DNA of 54,350 nucleotides, counting the filler, from a bacterium (GTDB lineage Bacteria > UBP15 > UBA6099 > JAJRTR01): assembly GCA_024278215.1 (NCBI GenBank). It is 2 parts of 2 records of this genome, joined end to end, with 100 filler letters (N's around TTAATTAATTAA, not from the genome) between each part and the next. Parts side by side here need not be neighbours in the genome. Positions count along the whole stretch, not along the records: positions 25,453 to 54,350 come from JAJRTR010000024.1; 1 more part is not named here. The stretch is one strand, 5' to 3'. Both the position numbers and the translations under genes were made by a program. This document shows, piece by piece, positions 52,247 through 54,350 of this stretch (within the stretch, counting starts at the first letter, position 1; each line of letters begins with the position of its first letter). The notes beneath the pieces were generated by a model. It made no database searches. It had not been told where the DNA came from and saw nothing but the letters and a program-made list of their open reading frames with translations.

Positions 52247-52453
52247 CGGATTACCTCCCCTGTGATCAAAGGCCGGCGCATTGTCTGCCGCCGGATATTA
52301 TAATGTATCGAAACCTTGATATTTCAGAATTCTTGATATGCTGTGTGATAATATCAGACTATGTGCTGTTTTGCAACAAAAAAATATGCGTTTCCCGGCA
52401 GGCCGGCGCCTGTTTTTTCGTTGACTTTGCCGCAGCCTATCATGTACACTCTA

Positions 52454-52631
52454 GAGCCAATTGCAAAATTATGTTCGTAGCGAGGTCGAGCGAAATTATT
52501 CAGAGCAAGGCGGAGGTGTAAAATCCCCGCAGGCGTACTTGTAGAGTACGTCGAGGACGATTTTGTGCCGACAACGCAGCTATGGACAATAGCAGCCGAC
52601 CGCAGCAGAATCAGAATTTTGCAATTGACTC
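52454..52631 (-). mobile_element. 178-bp MITE-like element, copy 3 (inverted)
   Basis: Reverse complement of copies 1 and 2 with one TIR mismatch; flanked by a TCTA direct repeat. Confidence 0.85.
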
Positions 52632-52796
52632 TCTAATAATTCAGTTTACATTAGTCGTTGCACTTGTATTACTTGCGAAAAACAGCGCACAGAGCACAGT
52701 AAACGAAAGAGTGCCTGTTGCCGAAAAGCACAGGAAACCTTAGACCTGATAGATCAATTCACCGGCGCCGCGCCGCGCCATATAGAGGAGGCTCTA

Positions 52797-53969
52797 ATGG
52801 ATTTTCAACTGACGGAAGAGCAGATTGCTTTCCGGAAGAGCGTCGAAAAATTCGCCCGCAAAGAGATCGAACCGCTGACGACGGAAGCGGAACGCAACAG
52901 CGAATTCAGTTTCGAGGCATGGAAAAAAATGGCTGATTTCGGAATGATGGGACTGCCGTTTCCGGAGCAATACGGAGGCAGCGAAGCGGGTGTGCTCACC
53001 ACCTGTCTCGGCATGGAAGCCCTCGGGCGGGCCGGGGTCGACGCGGGCACCACGATGGCGTGGGGCGCGAGCCAGATCCTCTGCGGCATCCCGATATGGT
53101 TGCTGGGAACCGACGAGCAGAAGGAGAAATACCTGCCGAAAATGATCACGGGCGAGTGGATAGGCTGCATGGGACTCACGGAACCCGGCGCGGGCTCGGA
53201 CGCCGCGAGCATGAAAACAACCGCCGTAAAAAAAGGCGATAAGTACATCATGAACGGCAGCAAGATGTTCATCACGAACGCCCCCATCGCCCACCATTGT
53301 GTTGTCATGGCCGTTACCGACAAAGAAGCGGGCCACTTCGGCATAAGCGCTTTTATCGTGGAGACCGACTTCCCCGGCTTCAGCACCGGCAAGGACCTCG
53401 ACAAGATGGGAAACCGCGCCTCGGTCACTTCCGAACTGATATTTGAAGATTGCGAAATCCCCGAAGAAAACCTGCTCGGTCAGCTCGGTTTCGGCTTTAT
53501 CGGTGTCGGCAAGACGATCCTCGAATGGGAACGCTCATGCCTCATCGCGGCCGGAGTGGGCGGGATGCAGTATGCTGTCGAGATATGCACGAAGTACGCG
53601 CTCGAACGTCACCAGTTCGGCAAACCTATCGCGCATTTTCAGGCGATAAAACACAAAATAGCGGATATGAAAGTGTGGTCGCAGGCAGCCCGCCTGCTGC
53701 TCTACCGCGTCGCCTGGATGAAAGACAACGATCAGCCCGCCATGGTCGAGGCCTGCATGAATAAGCTGATGTGCAGCGAACTGGGCATGAGGCTGTGCGA
53801 GGAAGCCGTCCAGATACACGGCGGTTACGGCTACATGAAAGAGTATCCGGTCGAACGTGGTTTCCGCGACGCCAAGCTCGGCACAATCGGCGCGGGCACG
53901 AGCGAAGTGCAGCGAATGATCATCTCCAAAGCGATCATGAACCTCAAGAGGGGGGGCAAAAAGAAATGA
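52797..53969 (+). CDS. Acyl-CoA dehydrogenase
   Basis: LTEPGAGSD, NGSKMFITN, QIHGGYGY and IGAGTSEVQR motifs. The catalytic Glu is probably in LEWER (IVD/LCAD-type placement). Confidence 0.95.
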   Translation: MDFQLTEEQIAFRKSVEKFARKEIEPLTTEAERNSEFSFEAWKKMADFGMMGLPFPEQYGGSEAGVLTTCLGMEALGRAGVDAGTTMAWGASQILCGIPIWLLGTDEQKEKYLPKMITGEWIGCMGLTEPGAGSDAASMKTTAVKKGDKYIMNGSKMFITNAPIAHHCVVMAVTDKEAGHFGISAFIVETDFPGFSTGKDLDKMGNRASVTSELIFEDCEIPEENLLGQLGFGFIGVGKTILEWERSCLIAAGVGGMQYAVEICTKYALERHQFGKPIAHFQAIKHKIADMKVWSQAARLLLYRVAWMKDNDQPAMVEACMNKLMCSELGMRLCEEAVQIHGGYGYMKEYPVERGFRDAKLGTIGAGTSEVQRMIISKAIMNLKRGGKKK

Positions 53970-54350
53970 ATTTCAACCTCGACAAACAGCAACTCGAACT
54001 GCAACAGAACCTGAAAGAAAAGTTCGCCGCCGAAATCGCCCCGAACGCGGCGAAGATCGACGCCGATTGCGCGTTCTCCGACGACAACTGGAAGACGCTC
54101 GCCGACTCGGGCTACCTCGCTCTGCCGATCCACCGAAACGGGCAGACCGGCTGGACAACCGCTGTGATGGCCGCCGAGGAACTCGCCGCCGTCTGCGCGT
54201 CCACAGCACTGTGCGCGGGATCGAGCGCCTGGGTCTGCGGCGGAACGCTCGCCGCCTGCGCGTCGGACGCGCTCAAAGATGCCTGGCTCGCGAAACTCGC
54301 AGCCGGAGAAGCGATCGGCGCCTATGCCGTCACGGACCCGTCGGGCGGTC
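53966..54350 (+). CDS. Second acyl-CoA dehydrogenase-family protein, 3'-truncated by the window edge
   Basis: ATGA overlap with the previous stop; MNFNLDKQQLEL...WKTLADSGYL...EELA...LAAGEAIGAYAVTDP. Confidence 0.85.
   Translation, partial: MNFNLDKQQLELQQNLKEKFAAEIAPNAAKIDADCAFSDDNWKTLADSGYLALPIHRNGQTGWTTAVMAAEELAAVCASTALCAGSSAWVCGGTLAACASDALKDAWLAKLAAGEAIGAYAVTDPSGG

Overview
Bacterial genomic DNA, probably a draft or metagenome-assembled genome of a flagellated diderm (secretin, porin and AsmA/TamB-like genes are present). It is made of two contigs joined by an artificial N44-TTAATTAATTAA-N44 linker (25353-25452), so genes on either side are not necessarily neighbours. Left contig: a 5'-truncated giant (>5229 aa) acidic, repeat-built surface protein; a tightly linked Ig-repeat/beta-barrel-like partner gene; flgB-fliE with no flgC; leuCD-type dehydratase genes; a lone corrinoid protein; and a polytopic membrane protein with a GH99-like domain. 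Right contig: wecB broken by a probable IS end; an AsmA/TamB-like gene; tRNA-Thr(CGT); a phosphodiesterase; a complete Tad/Flp pilus locus headed by two tandem [c-di-GMP-I riboswitch + flp pilin] units; a sigma54-type porin-amtB-glnK operon ending in a Fis-HTH/DUF1828-like chimera; a class A PBP; and an Ltp3/Ltp4-like thiolase + SCP2/DUF35 operon divergent from paired acyl-CoA dehydrogenases. Three copies of a 178-bp MITE-like element and several REP-like palindromes lie in intergenic DNA. All family assignments come from motif recognition by eye, not from database searches.
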